DNA of 64,000 bases. Origin: Candidatus Methanomethylicia archaeon. Lineage in GTDB: Archaea; Thermoproteota; Methanomethylicia; Culexarchaeales; Culexarchaeaceae. The position numbers and the translations under genes are program-made. This document shows, one piece after another, positions 50,203 to 59,349 of this stretch. The DNA lies in assembly GCA_038727515.1 (NCBI GenBank), contig JAVYVS010000001.1, positions 576,001 to 640,000 of the forward strand, given 5' to 3'. The notes under the pieces are model-generated. The model ran no database searches. It was not told the origin of the DNA and saw nothing but the letters and a program-made list of their open reading frames with translations. Positions within the stretch are counted from its first letter, which is position 1, and every line of letters starts with the position of its first letter.

Positions 50203-51522
50203 TTAATATTTATGTTTGTAAATAAAGTTTGAAATACACTCCTTGAGATCAGGCTTTCCAATTTCAGCGAGTTCAAAACTTACCATTGTTGATGGTTTAG
50301 CTATTTTGATAAATCTTCTTAAATCAGTGGGTGTAGCTATAACAATGCTATCACAATCAGCATTATTTATTGTAGCTTCAAGTTCTAAAAGTTGATCTCT
50401 ATTATAACCTAGTGCTGGAATTGAGAGGAGATCGTTTTCCTCAACAACTTTCTTAATTGAACCAATAGCACATGTTTTTGGTGAAATAATTTCAGAAGCC
50501 CCAAACTTTTTAGCAGCAATATATCCAGCACCAAATCTTAAATCTCCATGGAGTAATGTAGGTCCATCCTCAATAGTTAATACACGTTTACCCTTAATTA
50601 CATTGGGATCATCAACATAAACTTCTGAAGCAGCTTTAACTATGATTGAATTTGGATTTATAGACTTAATATTCTTTTCAACGATTTTAACACTTTCATC
50701 ATCAACAACATTAACTTTATTGATAACAACAATGTCAGCCATTCTAACATTAACTTCACCTGGGAAATATTTAACTTCATGTCCAATTCTCAAAGGATCT
50801 ACAACTACGATTAATAGATGTGGTTTAAAGAAGGGGAAATCATTGTTTCCACCATCCCAAACTATTATTTCAGCTTCAGCTTCAGCATGTTTCAATATTA
50901 ATTCATAATCAACACCAGCATAAACAATATAACCTCTACGTATATGAGGTTCATATTCTTCCTTCTCTTCGATTGTACAATTATATCGTTCTAAATCTTC
51001 TATTTTCTCAAATCTCTGTATTCTTTGAGCTTTTAAATCACCATAGGGCATTGGATGTCTTACAACAACAAATTTAACATTAAATTCCTTTAGAATATTA
51101 CAAACACGTCTTGTAACAGTACTTTTACCAGCACCAGTTCTAGCAGCACATATAGCAATAACAGGTTTACTGGATTCAAGCATAGTATCCCTTGGACCTA
51201 GAAGTCTAAAAGATGCACCACAACTCATAGCTATAGATGCCATATGCATTACATGTTCATGAGAAACATCGCTATAAGAGAAAACAACTTCATCTACATT
51301 AAACTTCTTAATTAAATTTGGAAGTTCAGATTCATGATATATTGGTATACCATTTGGATAGAGTGGCCCAGACAATTCTGGTGGATATAATCTACCTGCG
51401 ATACCCGGTATTTGAGTAGCTGTAAAAGCTACAACTCTATAATTTGGATTATTCCTAAAGAATACATTGAAATTGTGGAAATCCCTTCCAGCAGCACCCA
51501 TAATAATAACATTTCTAACCAT
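50203..51522 (-). CDS. cDPG-synthetase-like P-loop NTPase (COG2403 type); probably the arginine synthetase ArcE subfamily
   Basis: IMGAAGRDFHNFN, AFTATQIP.I.GR.YP, RTGAGKS P-loop, RHPMPYG, TIEE.EEYE, AGVDY, WDGGNND, EDGPT..HG. Confidence 0.8.
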   Translation of the reverse strand: MVRNVIIMGAAGRDFHNFNVFFRNNPNYRVVAFTATQIPGIAGRLYPPELSGPLYPNGIPIYHESELPNLIKKFNVDEVVFSYSDVSHEHVMHMASIAMSCGASFRLLGPRDTMLESSKPVIAICAARTGAGKSTVTRRVCNILKEFNVKFVVVRHPMPYGDLKAQRIQRFEKIEDLERYNCTIEEKEEYEPHIRRGYIVYAGVDYELILKHAEAEAEIIVWDGGNNDFPFFKPHLLIVVVDPLRIGHEVKYFPGEVNVRMADIVVINKVNVVDDESVKIVEKNIKSINPNSIIVKAASEVYVDDPNVIKGKRVLTIEDGPTLLHGDLRFGAGYIAAKKFGASEIISPKTCAIGSIKKVVEENDLLSIPALGYNRDQLLELEATINNADCDSIVIATPTDLRRFIKIAKPSTMVSFELAEIGKPDLKECISNFIYKHKY

Positions 51523-51626
51523 AGAAACACCAAGAAAACGAGGGAAAACAAAAATATAAATTTAAATATTAGGTTAAATTGGAAAACGTTATAACATTAT
51601 AGAAACTTAATAGAAATATAGGTATT

Positions 51627-51986
51627 ATGAGTGGGAAAAAGGAGAAAATACCCTTTAGGGTTAAAATGGCTGATGGAAGTATAGAAACAGTATATGCATA
51701 TTCAGAGAAGCAAGCATTATTCCTAGCATCAAAAAGTGGGAAGAAGGCGTTGGAAGTTGTAGGAATACTTATGAAGACTGAAGAAAAACCTATTGAAAAA
51801 GAAAGAGTTAATGAAAAAAAGATTGAATTATTTGAAAAACTTGAAGAAGCTTTAAAGAATAAAAGATACATAGAGGCTATAGAATATAAAATACAAATTC
51901 AAAAAATGATATCTAATGGAGAAATAAATTGGAATAATGAATTAGAGAAGAAGTATGGATTATTTGGATTATGGTGTAATAAATGA
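51627..51986 (+). CDS. Small hypothetical protein
   Basis: 119-aa ORF with plus-strand codon style; ATGA overlap with the downstream peptidase. Confidence 0.65.
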   Translation: MSGKKEKIPFRVKMADGSIETVYAYSEKQALFLASKSGKKALEVVGILMKTEEKPIEKERVNEKKIELFEKLEEALKNKRYIEAIEYKIQIQKMISNGEINWNNELEKKYGLFGLWCNK

Positions 51987-53545
51987 TTAAAAGGATTTAC
52001 CCATACTTCATCACAATAGTGATCTTAACTCAATTTATCCAATTAACCCCAATCCTTTCACATACTACCATTGAAAAATTAGAATCTATGGATGTTAGAA
52101 GTGGAATATACACGTTGTATGAGCTAAGTGATGGAAGAATCTTAAATGTAACATATAATTCATTGAATAAGTACACTAAAACACCATTAATAAATGTAAC
52201 AATAGATATTTGTGGAAGAACATTATGGGCTATATATAATCTAACCAATAGAATGCGAATTTATGGAGAATTATGGAATTGGGAGGTATACCCTCTATGG
52301 ATACCAAAAATCATTAAAGAAAACGATAAAATACAGTTGTATGATCACAGGGTATTCAATGTTATAGGAACAAATGAAACTAGTATAATATTATCAAATA
52401 ATGAAACGAAACTTATCTATGATGGTTTTAGTGGAGTTTTATTGGAGGGAGAGATAGAGATATTCAATGAAACATTAAATGCTAAAATGATAAAAACAAA
52501 TATGAAGTTTAGAAGAGAATACTTTAACAACGTATATTTCGATTGGAAAACTTTAACAATAAAACTTATGAAATTAGAAAGCAAGTATAAAGATATTCTA
52601 AAGATTTATAGTATTGGTAAAAGCCTACTTGGTAGAGAAATATGGGCTTGTGAAATTACTGGAATTGGAAAAGAGGAAGGAGTTATATTAATTGATGGAG
52701 GAATGCATGGAAGTGAAGTTATAGGAGTTAGAGTAGCATATAAACTTTTAGAAACAATTTTAGAAGAATACAATGAATTAGTTGGTAAAGGTTTACTTAG
52801 AAATCTCAGCATAATAATAATACCAATGTTAAATCCAGATGGTGTAGAAATGTCAAAATATTCACCACCAATACCAATTATACACATAAAGGATGGTAGA
52901 TGTAATGCTAATGGTGTAGATTTAAATAGGAATTTTGGGTACTCATGGACTCTTGGAGGTTCACCATACTATAATTCAACAACATATAGAGGTGAAGAAC
53001 CTGAAAGTGAACCAGAGGTAAAAGCTTTAAAAAACATATTATTAAAGCGTAACATATTGTTTTATTTGAATTTACACTCAGGGGTAAAGCAAATACTAAT
53101 ACCAGCATATCAAGAAAATCCATATCTAAATGTGTATATGGAAATAGCCTCAACACTTTCAAATATATATGGGTATGAAATAGCTAGAGGAGGAATATAT
53201 GGAGGATCTGCAAACTGGTGTCTGATGGGTAGAGATAAACCAGCATTATCAATAATAATAGAACTTTACGGTGGAGGAACAAGAACTCTAGAAGTAGATT
53301 GGTTTCTATTTTACAATCCAGTAGACATAAGTGAAATAAGTAAAATTGAAATATTAAGTTATCAAGCTTTCATACAGATACTATTAAACGTGAATAAATG
53401 GAGTAGAGGAATCATAAGAGGAGAAATAGAATCATCAAGTCAACAAATACTAATAATAGTAATAATATCAATAGCGATCATACTAACTATAATATCATCA
53501 TATATAATGTCAAGAAGTAAAATTAAGAAGAAAATTAGAAACTAA
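51983..53545 (+). CDS. Surface-anchored M14 zinc carboxypeptidase
   Basis: Signal peptide; IGKS..GR.I, GMHGSE (HxxE), NPDG, R.NANGVDLNRNF, SEPE, LHSG, IEL; C-terminal TM plus basic tail. Confidence 0.9.
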   Translation: MIKRIYPYFITIVILTQFIQLTPILSHTTIEKLESMDVRSGIYTLYELSDGRILNVTYNSLNKYTKTPLINVTIDICGRTLWAIYNLTNRMRIYGELWNWEVYPLWIPKIIKENDKIQLYDHRVFNVIGTNETSIILSNNETKLIYDGFSGVLLEGEIEIFNETLNAKMIKTNMKFRREYFNNVYFDWKTLTIKLMKLESKYKDILKIYSIGKSLLGREIWACEITGIGKEEGVILIDGGMHGSEVIGVRVAYKLLETILEEYNELVGKGLLRNLSIIIIPMLNPDGVEMSKYSPPIPIIHIKDGRCNANGVDLNRNFGYSWTLGGSPYYNSTTYRGEEPESEPEVKALKNILLKRNILFYLNLHSGVKQILIPAYQENPYLNVYMEIASTLSNIYGYEIARGGIYGGSANWCLMGRDKPALSIIIELYGGGTRTLEVDWFLFYNPVDISEISKIEILSYQAFIQILLNVNKWSRGIIRGEIESSSQQILIIVIISIAIILTIISSYIMSRSKIKKKIRN

Positions 53546-54350
53546 TAAACACTAATGAAATAATTAATCCAGTTAATCCACCAATTAGTGTAGAAGTAAA
53601 ATTGACAATATGGTTATTTATAAAGCTAAATCCTTTAACAAGTCTAGCTCTACATCCACAAAGTATATGTATAGGATCCTCTGAGAACATATTACATTTA
53701 TCACACCAATATCCAGCTTGAAAAATTGCACCGATAAAACTATCAATAGTAGACCCAATAAAACCAGATACAACAGAAATACAGAGGATTTGAACTAATG
53801 AAAATTCAGGTGCAACATTAAACATAAAAGCAGCAAACCCCATTAATAAAGATGAGAAGAATATTGCGAATTCACCATATGGAGATATAGCTCCAGAAAC
53901 ACCAGGTTCAACCTTCCTTAAATTTGTTATTAACCTAGGCTTACCAGGATATAGTAAACCAATTTCAGTAGCTAGAGTATCTGAGAAAGCAGTAGAAATA
54001 GCGCCTAGGAAAGCTGCAAAAAAGATGCCGCCACCAAAAGTTCCTTCACCCAATGCAAATAATGCTGCTACACCACCATTACCAACAACATTCCTCCAAG
54101 ATCTAGATCCCCCTCTAGCTTCAGCAAAACCCAAACTCCTTTTAAAATCATATTTATACTTAGTGAATAAACTGGATGCCACATAAAACAGTAGTAATAA
54201 TGCAAACCACTTAAACCCACCAAAAAGAATAACAATAAAACCAATAATAAAAGCAGAAAAAGTTCCAGATAAATCTAGAAATCGAAATTTTATTGAGATT
54301 ATCGATAAAAAGAGTAGAATGCATAATCCAAGTAGTAATTCCATACTCAA
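53535..54350 (-). CDS. DUF92/TMEM19 family membrane protein
   Basis: LD.SG...A, R.WRNV.GNG, DTLATEIG, P.LIT, V.PG.SG.IS..G, GS.IDS.IGA..Q, CDKC..H..C insert, N..VN. Confidence 0.9.
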   Translation of the reverse strand: MSMELLLGLCILLFLSIISIKFRFLDLSGTFSAFIIGFIVILFGGFKWFALLLLFYVASSLFTKYKYDFKRSLGFAEARGGSRSWRNVVGNGGVAALFALGEGTFGGGIFFAAFLGAISTAFSDTLATEIGLLYPGKPRLITNLRKVEPGVSGAISPYGEFAIFFSSLLMGFAAFMFNVAPEFSLVQILCISVVSGFIGSTIDSFIGAIFQAGYWCDKCNMFSEDPIHILCGCRARLVKGFSFINNHIVNFTSTLIGGLTGLIISLVFISF

Positions 54351-54437
54351 TCTAAATATGATTGGTAAAACAAATTAAAAACGATTTCTACATAAACAAT
54401 TTAAACAAAATATTAAACCTATAATTTGGTGTAGAAT

Positions 54438-55787
54438 TTGAAAATTTATAAAGCTTTAACAATAGCTGGATCAGATTCCAGTGGAGGTGCTGGAATACAA
54501 GCAGATCTAAAGACTTTCTCAGCATTCCAAGTTTATGGTATGACAGTAATAACAGCTTTAACAGCTCAAAATACCATGACCGTTAAAGGAATACATCCAA
54601 TACCACCAGAATTCATAAAATTACAATTTGAAGCAGTAGTTGAAGATATAGGTGTAGATGCAGCTAAAACTGGAATGTTATATAGTGAAGAAATAATAGA
54701 TATCGTAGCTGAAGAAATAAGCATTAGAAAGATCCCTTTAATTGTAGATCCAGTTATGATTGCAAAATCAAAAGCAAAACTATTGAAGGATGAAGCTATA
54801 AAAGCATTAAAGGAGAAATTAATACCCATAGCAAAAATAGTAACCCCCAATATACCTGAAGCAGAAGAAATGGTAAAACACAAAATAAAGGGTTTAGAAG
54901 ATATGAAAAGGGCAGCCATAGATATAAAGTCTATGGGAGTTGAAGCAGTAATAATTAAAGGTGGACATCTAGAAGGAGGGAAGGTAATAGACCTACTATA
55001 TTATGACGATTTATTCTATGAAAATGAGAAAAGGAGGATTGAAACTAAAAATACCCATGGAACTGGATGCGTATTTTCAGCAGCATTAACAGCATTAATA
55101 GCTAGAAAAGTAAGTATACCTGAAGCCTTTAGAATTGCAAGTGAATTTATGGATAAATCAATAATTGAAGGCTTAAATATTGGTAGAGGTTATGGTCCAG
55201 TAAATCCAATGGCTAAATTATATGAAGAAGCAAATAGGTATAACGCATGGATAAATGTTTTAAAAGCATTAGAGAAAATTGAAGAAACAAAAGAATTAGC
55301 AGAATTAATACCTGAAGTTAGAATGAATATCGGTGAAGCAATACCAAACGCAAAAAGCATTAAAGATGTATGTGCAATAGATGGTAGAATAACAGTGGTC
55401 AATGGTTTTCCAAGAGCAAATGGACAAGTGAAATTCGGAGCATCAAAACATATAGCAAATGTAATACTATCAGCAATGGAGATTGATCCAAACATGAGAG
55501 CAGCTATGAACATAAAGTATAGTGAAGAGATATTGGAAGCTTGTAGAAGAGCAGGATTCAAAATAGCTGAATTCAAAAGAAAGGAAGAACCATTGGAAAT
55601 AAAGTTAATTGAAGGAGGAACATTGAAATGGGGTGTGAAAAAGGCAATAGAGGATTTAGGAGAAACACCAGATGTAATATATGATTTAGGAGAAATTGGG
55701 AAAGAAGCTATGATAAGGATAATTGGCATAAATGCAGAAGATGTTGTAAATAAAGCCACAAAAATAATAAAAAAATTGAGAATTTAA
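54438..55787 (+). CDS. thiD: Bifunctional HMP/HMP-P kinase - thiamine-phosphate synthase (ThiD-ThiN fusion)
   Basis: IAGSDSSGGAGIQADLK, TAQNT, KTGML, DPVM, TPN..EA, KGGH, THGTGC; ThiN IPEV.MN, GRI, FGAS.H, D.G..GKE.MI. Confidence 0.95.
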   Translation: MKIYKALTIAGSDSSGGAGIQADLKTFSAFQVYGMTVITALTAQNTMTVKGIHPIPPEFIKLQFEAVVEDIGVDAAKTGMLYSEEIIDIVAEEISIRKIPLIVDPVMIAKSKAKLLKDEAIKALKEKLIPIAKIVTPNIPEAEEMVKHKIKGLEDMKRAAIDIKSMGVEAVIIKGGHLEGGKVIDLLYYDDLFYENEKRRIETKNTHGTGCVFSAALTALIARKVSIPEAFRIASEFMDKSIIEGLNIGRGYGPVNPMAKLYEEANRYNAWINVLKALEKIEETKELAELIPEVRMNIGEAIPNAKSIKDVCAIDGRITVVNGFPRANGQVKFGASKHIANVILSAMEIDPNMRAAMNIKYSEEILEACRRAGFKIAEFKRKEEPLEIKLIEGGTLKWGVKKAIEDLGETPDVIYDLGEIGKEAMIRIIGINAEDVVNKATKIIKKLRI

Positions 55788-55789
55788 GT

Positions 55790-56437
55790 TTATGTTGGTA
55801 TCCTAAGCCATTCAAATAGTAGGAATTGCAATCGCCCAACGAATAAATCAATTCTACTCAGAACGGTATTGGCAAAGGCATATCCGAATGCTAACATCAT
55901 TAAAGTTTTACCAAGCCTTGGAATAAAGGCTAAAGACCCTGTATGCAATCTTGGAAATGTGAATATGAAGTAGTAAAGTGCTGTTATCAATGAGACCCAT
56001 AAGAGGACTTTTCCAATAATATCAAAAATAGTTCCAGTACGGAAATCAAGTGAAGCTGTAGCAACAATTTGTGCAATAAAATCAGCTTCAATAGATCTAA
56101 CAAATGCCGCTGTAACACTTGTACCCACAACTATGGCAATACCATACCTAAAGATCCAATATAATGTACGATGATATCTAAAGTACATCGTTACACCAAT
56201 AATCAATGGTACGATATACCATGGATCTTTAAGTGTTGGATATAGGTAATCTATACCGTAAGTCTTGATATTTCTAAGCGCTGCAACAAAAGTATAACCT
56301 ATAGCAGCACCAACATAAGTGTGTTCAGCAAATTTGAAAACCGGATTATCCCTATATGCAATTGAAATACATGCAATTGTAAGAAATGCAGCAACCCATA
56401 AGCCAATTTCAGTTATAATATCCACCATAACATTCAC
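55790..56437 (-). CDS. Uncharacterised multi-pass membrane protein (DUF6754-associated cluster, gene 4)
   Basis: About 6 TMs; S..YRDNP.FKFAEH.YVG...GY, YFIFT, GK..MM.AFG..FANT...R; overlaps the upstream gene by 4 nt. Confidence 0.8.
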   Translation of the reverse strand: MNVMVDIITEIGLWVAAFLTIACISIAYRDNPVFKFAEHTYVGAAIGYTFVAALRNIKTYGIDYLYPTLKDPWYIVPLIIGVTMYFRYHRTLYWIFRYGIAIVVGTSVTAAFVRSIEADFIAQIVATASLDFRTGTIFDIIGKVLLWVSLITALYYFIFTFPRLHTGSLAFIPRLGKTLMMLAFGYAFANTVLSRIDLFVGRLQFLLFEWLRIPT

Positions 56438-57270
56438 CCTCCTTTACGCATACGTTTAGCTAAATGTGCAATATTACCGAGGATTATAAACACTAATATC
56501 ACCAAATGAGCTCCACTAAATGCATCGGCCTTCTTAATGCCACTACTAGGTTTACCTATTAGAAATTCATATTCACCACCAGGTGCAGAACCCACTAAAG
56601 CTGTTATCTGTTTAGCCTCGTAATATGGCCTCATGGTGGGTAACATCATATCTAAAACGCAACACAAGTACTTAACTTCAGGGCGCATGGTAACCCATTG
56701 CCTAATCCAACCAATGGATGTCTCACCAGCAGATGTAAAACATATAACCATATAAAAGTCTCTTATGTTGTTTATATTTGCAGCCATTGGAATTTGAGAT
56801 AATGGTGTACCTTTATAATCAGATGGAACAGCAGCTTTAAAATCATCAGCTAAAGCTTTCATAGCAGTTTCACCACCAGCAATATACCCTATATGGAAGT
56901 AATCAACACCATACGTCTTACCGTAAATTTTAGGATCAACTTTAGACATAAGCATATCATAAACTATAAGTCCAGTAGCATCAATGGAGAAGAATACTAA
57001 TTTAACTGGCTTACTAAACAGATGATGTAAAGTGGCTACTTGCATAGATTCAAAAGCTGGAAATGAACCAAGACTACAATGTGAAACTAGGATATAACTA
57101 CCTGGAGGTATTGCTTCAATAGCATTATACCACTCCATAACTGGAGCTGAAACTGGTACTGGTAAACCCAATGGACGTAACAATGGAATAATCATAGCTA
57201 TTAAGACAATAGTATATAAAACTTCTCTAGGAACTTCTTCAAGAATATCTATAAAAGATTTACCAGCCAT
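56434..57270 (-). CDS. Uncharacterised TM-alpha/beta-TM protein (DUF6754-associated cluster, gene 3)
   Basis: N-terminal TM (P.L.PLGLP), soluble domain with YGVDYFHIGY.AGGE, D..GTPL..IPM, PYY...Q, EYE.L, and C-terminal TM ending GNI. Confidence 0.8.
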   Translation of the reverse strand: MAGKSFIDILEEVPREVLYTIVLIAMIIPLLRPLGLPVPVSAPVMEWYNAIEAIPPGSYILVSHCSLGSFPAFESMQVATLHHLFSKPVKLVFFSIDATGLIVYDMLMSKVDPKIYGKTYGVDYFHIGYIAGGETAMKALADDFKAAVPSDYKGTPLSQIPMAANINNIRDFYMVICFTSAGETSIGWIRQWVTMRPEVKYLCCVLDMMLPTMRPYYEAKQITALVGSAPGGEYEFLIGKPSSGIKKADAFSGAHLVILVFIILGNIAHLAKRMRKGG

Positions 57271-57272
57271 AT

Positions 57273-57953
57273 TTAATCCCTCCTACCCATATATCCAGTT
57301 TCAGTACCAATCAAAGTTCTTATACCAAGAAGAATAGCTCCTAATGCAGCACTCATTTGAATAGCTCTATAAGCACCTATACTTGGATAGTTTGCAAACC
57401 ATGAAATGAAATCACGAGACCATGGAGCATAAACTTGAAATATTGGTGCAGCAGCCATCAATGATAGGAAGCCTACAATCAACAATAGGGTTGTCTCAAG
57501 GTTTCTAGCTCTAAAAACTCTATAGCATCCAGATGCCATATAGAATATTAATGATGCATACATGGTTGCATCCAATGGATTTAAAACATATAATGTAAGC
57601 CACTCCCAATTTTTCGCTAAGGGAGTATACCATAAACCTGAGTGGCCAAAGGATCCTACAATTAAGAAAACAACCATAACAAAGAGTAGCCATGCACTGC
57701 AAAATCTATCAAAAGCACTTTTAGCCCTCATAATCCTCCTACTGTGAATAATTGTTACGTTTACTAAACCAAAGCCTACTATGAAATTCGCAAGTAAATT
57801 AGCCCAATTTGTCAATGTAACACCATAATATTGTATAGCATATTCATGGGGTTGAGTAATCTTCGCTGGAACTAAGAAATATTGTAAAATCATTACTAAA
57901 CCACATATGAATGTTATTGCTAGAGGTATATGCCTCCTATAAAATATAGACAT
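57273..57953 (-). CDS. Uncharacterised multi-pass membrane protein (DUF6754-associated cluster, gene 2)
   Basis: About 6 TMs; PL.ATM.A...FY.AS..YR.FRARN.E, RAI...A.LG....G.R...G.E. Confidence 0.8.
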   Translation of the reverse strand: MSIFYRRHIPLAITFICGLVMILQYFLVPAKITQPHEYAIQYYGVTLTNWANLLANFIVGFGLVNVTIIHSRRIMRAKSAFDRFCSAWLLFVMVVFLIVGSFGHSGLWYTPLAKNWEWLTLYVLNPLDATMYASLIFYMASGCYRVFRARNLETTLLLIVGFLSLMAAAPIFQVYAPWSRDFISWFANYPSIGAYRAIQMSAALGAILLGIRTLIGTETGYMGRRD

Positions 57954-57962
57954 ACAATCACC

Positions 57963-58778
57963 TCACAATTTAAGAAAATCAATAATACCCTTATAACCAG
58001 TAAATGTTAGGGTTAATGCACCAACTATACTCAATGCTAAGGCAAATAGTTTTGCTAGATCTTGTATAAAAATACTTGACATAGCAGATGGCTCCTTACT
58101 TAGATATGCACCTGCAGCAAACATTTCATCACCAATAATAACATAATCACAAACCACAGCAAAGAAGGGTATCTGATATACCCTAGCGGTACCAGCAACT
58201 TGTATTGAGCCAACCCTATAGAATGTTTCAGCAAACATCATTGATTCAGCCCAGAATGGTCCAACCATAACATTAGCTGCAGGTCTTTCTCTTTCAGCAA
58301 TGCCTTGAACAGCTGCTGCAAATGCAAATTAACTACCAGATAAATATCTTATATCATGCTCAGGTTTTGCACGATCCAATTTACCCTCACTTGTATAAGC
58401 CTGTTTATATAGTTCTGTAGCAACACCAAGAACAGTGGGGTCGCCAACGCTGCATATAATCTCTACATCGTATTTAGCGCATAATCTTGCAAGTTCAGCG
58501 AAAACAGCTAAACCTGCAACCACCTGTGGAGAAGTAGCTCCCGTTAAACCAGCATATCCGGGAGTAAAATGCACTGGTTTACCCATTTCAGCAGCTCTAC
58601 CCACAGCTTCCTCTAAAGCTTCTAATCCAGCAATCTTCCTCCATTTTAAAGTCCATCCACGCTTTAAAGCATTCATAACAAGAATTGCTCCAACCCACAT
58701 GAGTATAAGCAATGCTAAATCTAGATATCTACCAGCAACTATCTGTTCAACATTTAGAATTGCACCAGCAGAATTCAA
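57963..58778 (-). pseudogene. DUF6754-like membrane protein interrupted by one in-frame TAA (58329-58331)
   Basis: The two track ORFs are in the same frame, and the 60 nt between them read FAFAAAVQGIAERERPAANV. Joined protein is about 271 aa with IAGL.A.EEAVGRA.EMGKPV, G.FWAES, G.IQ.AGT, QIPFF...CDY..IGDE.FAAGAYLS. GGAGG SD before the TTG. Confidence 0.8.
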
Positions 58779-58918
58779 AATTTTCCCTCCAAAATTGAGT
58801 ATTGTAAAATTTTTGGTAACTCAAATAAAATTTTGAAGTTTGTGGTATATAAGGTTATTGGAGTTAAATGGTATGCAATGATAAAATTTATTTTGTCATT
58901 CGTTAAAAAGTAGTGTTG

Positions 58919-58982
58919 ATGGGATGATTGAGCTCGAAAGGTATGACCTTAATGGAATGATTAACCCATGCTAAATGACCGT
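58919..58982 (+). ncRNA. Putative box C/D guide sRNA with degenerate boxes
   Basis: C ATGATTG (58924-30), 12-nt guide, D' ATGA (58943-46), CC-TTAAT-GG spacer, C' ATGATTA (58957-63), 11-nt guide, D ATGA (58975-78); short terminal stem; GC-richer island in an AT-rich intergenic region. Confidence 0.55.
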
Positions 58983-59037
58983 AAAAATTATTTTAATGCA
59001 TAGAATATAGGTTAAAGGTTGTTTATGGTGATATCTT

Positions 59038-59307
59038 ATGTCCAAGAAGGCTGGTAAGAAGGCTGTAAAAACTGAGGTTAAGAAGATAGTTAGAGAAATG
59101 GTTATTGAATCAGAGCTTGTGGAGAAGGTTAAGAAGGATTTGAAAAGCTTTCAATATTTAACCCCACTGGTATTGACTAACAAGTATAATGTTAGTTTAG
59201 GAGTTTCTAAAAGGGTTTTAAGAAGTCTTGCAGAAGCAAAATTGATAGAGTTAGTATCCAACAATCCTAGGACACCAGTATACATTGTTAGAGGAGGGAA
59301 AAAGTAA
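59038..59307 (+). CDS. rps25e: 30S ribosomal protein S25e
   Basis: Lys-rich N-terminus plus wHTH (YLTP..L..KY.V....SKRVLR.L.....I..V.....T.VY); GGTGA SD. Confidence 0.88.
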   Translation: MSKKAGKKAVKTEVKKIVREMVIESELVEKVKKDLKSFQYLTPLVLTNKYNVSLGVSKRVLRSLAEAKLIELVSNNPRTPVYIVRGGKK

Positions 59308-59349
59308 TTAGTGTGTAATGAATAAAGGGTTTGGTGGTGACCTTCAATT

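Noticed and set aside
58329-58331. Selenocysteine or pyrrolysine recoding of the internal stop
   Set aside because: The codon is UAA, not UGA or UAG; the expected residue is Gln; and the local tRNA-Gln has a normal UUG anticodon, so it is not a suppressor.
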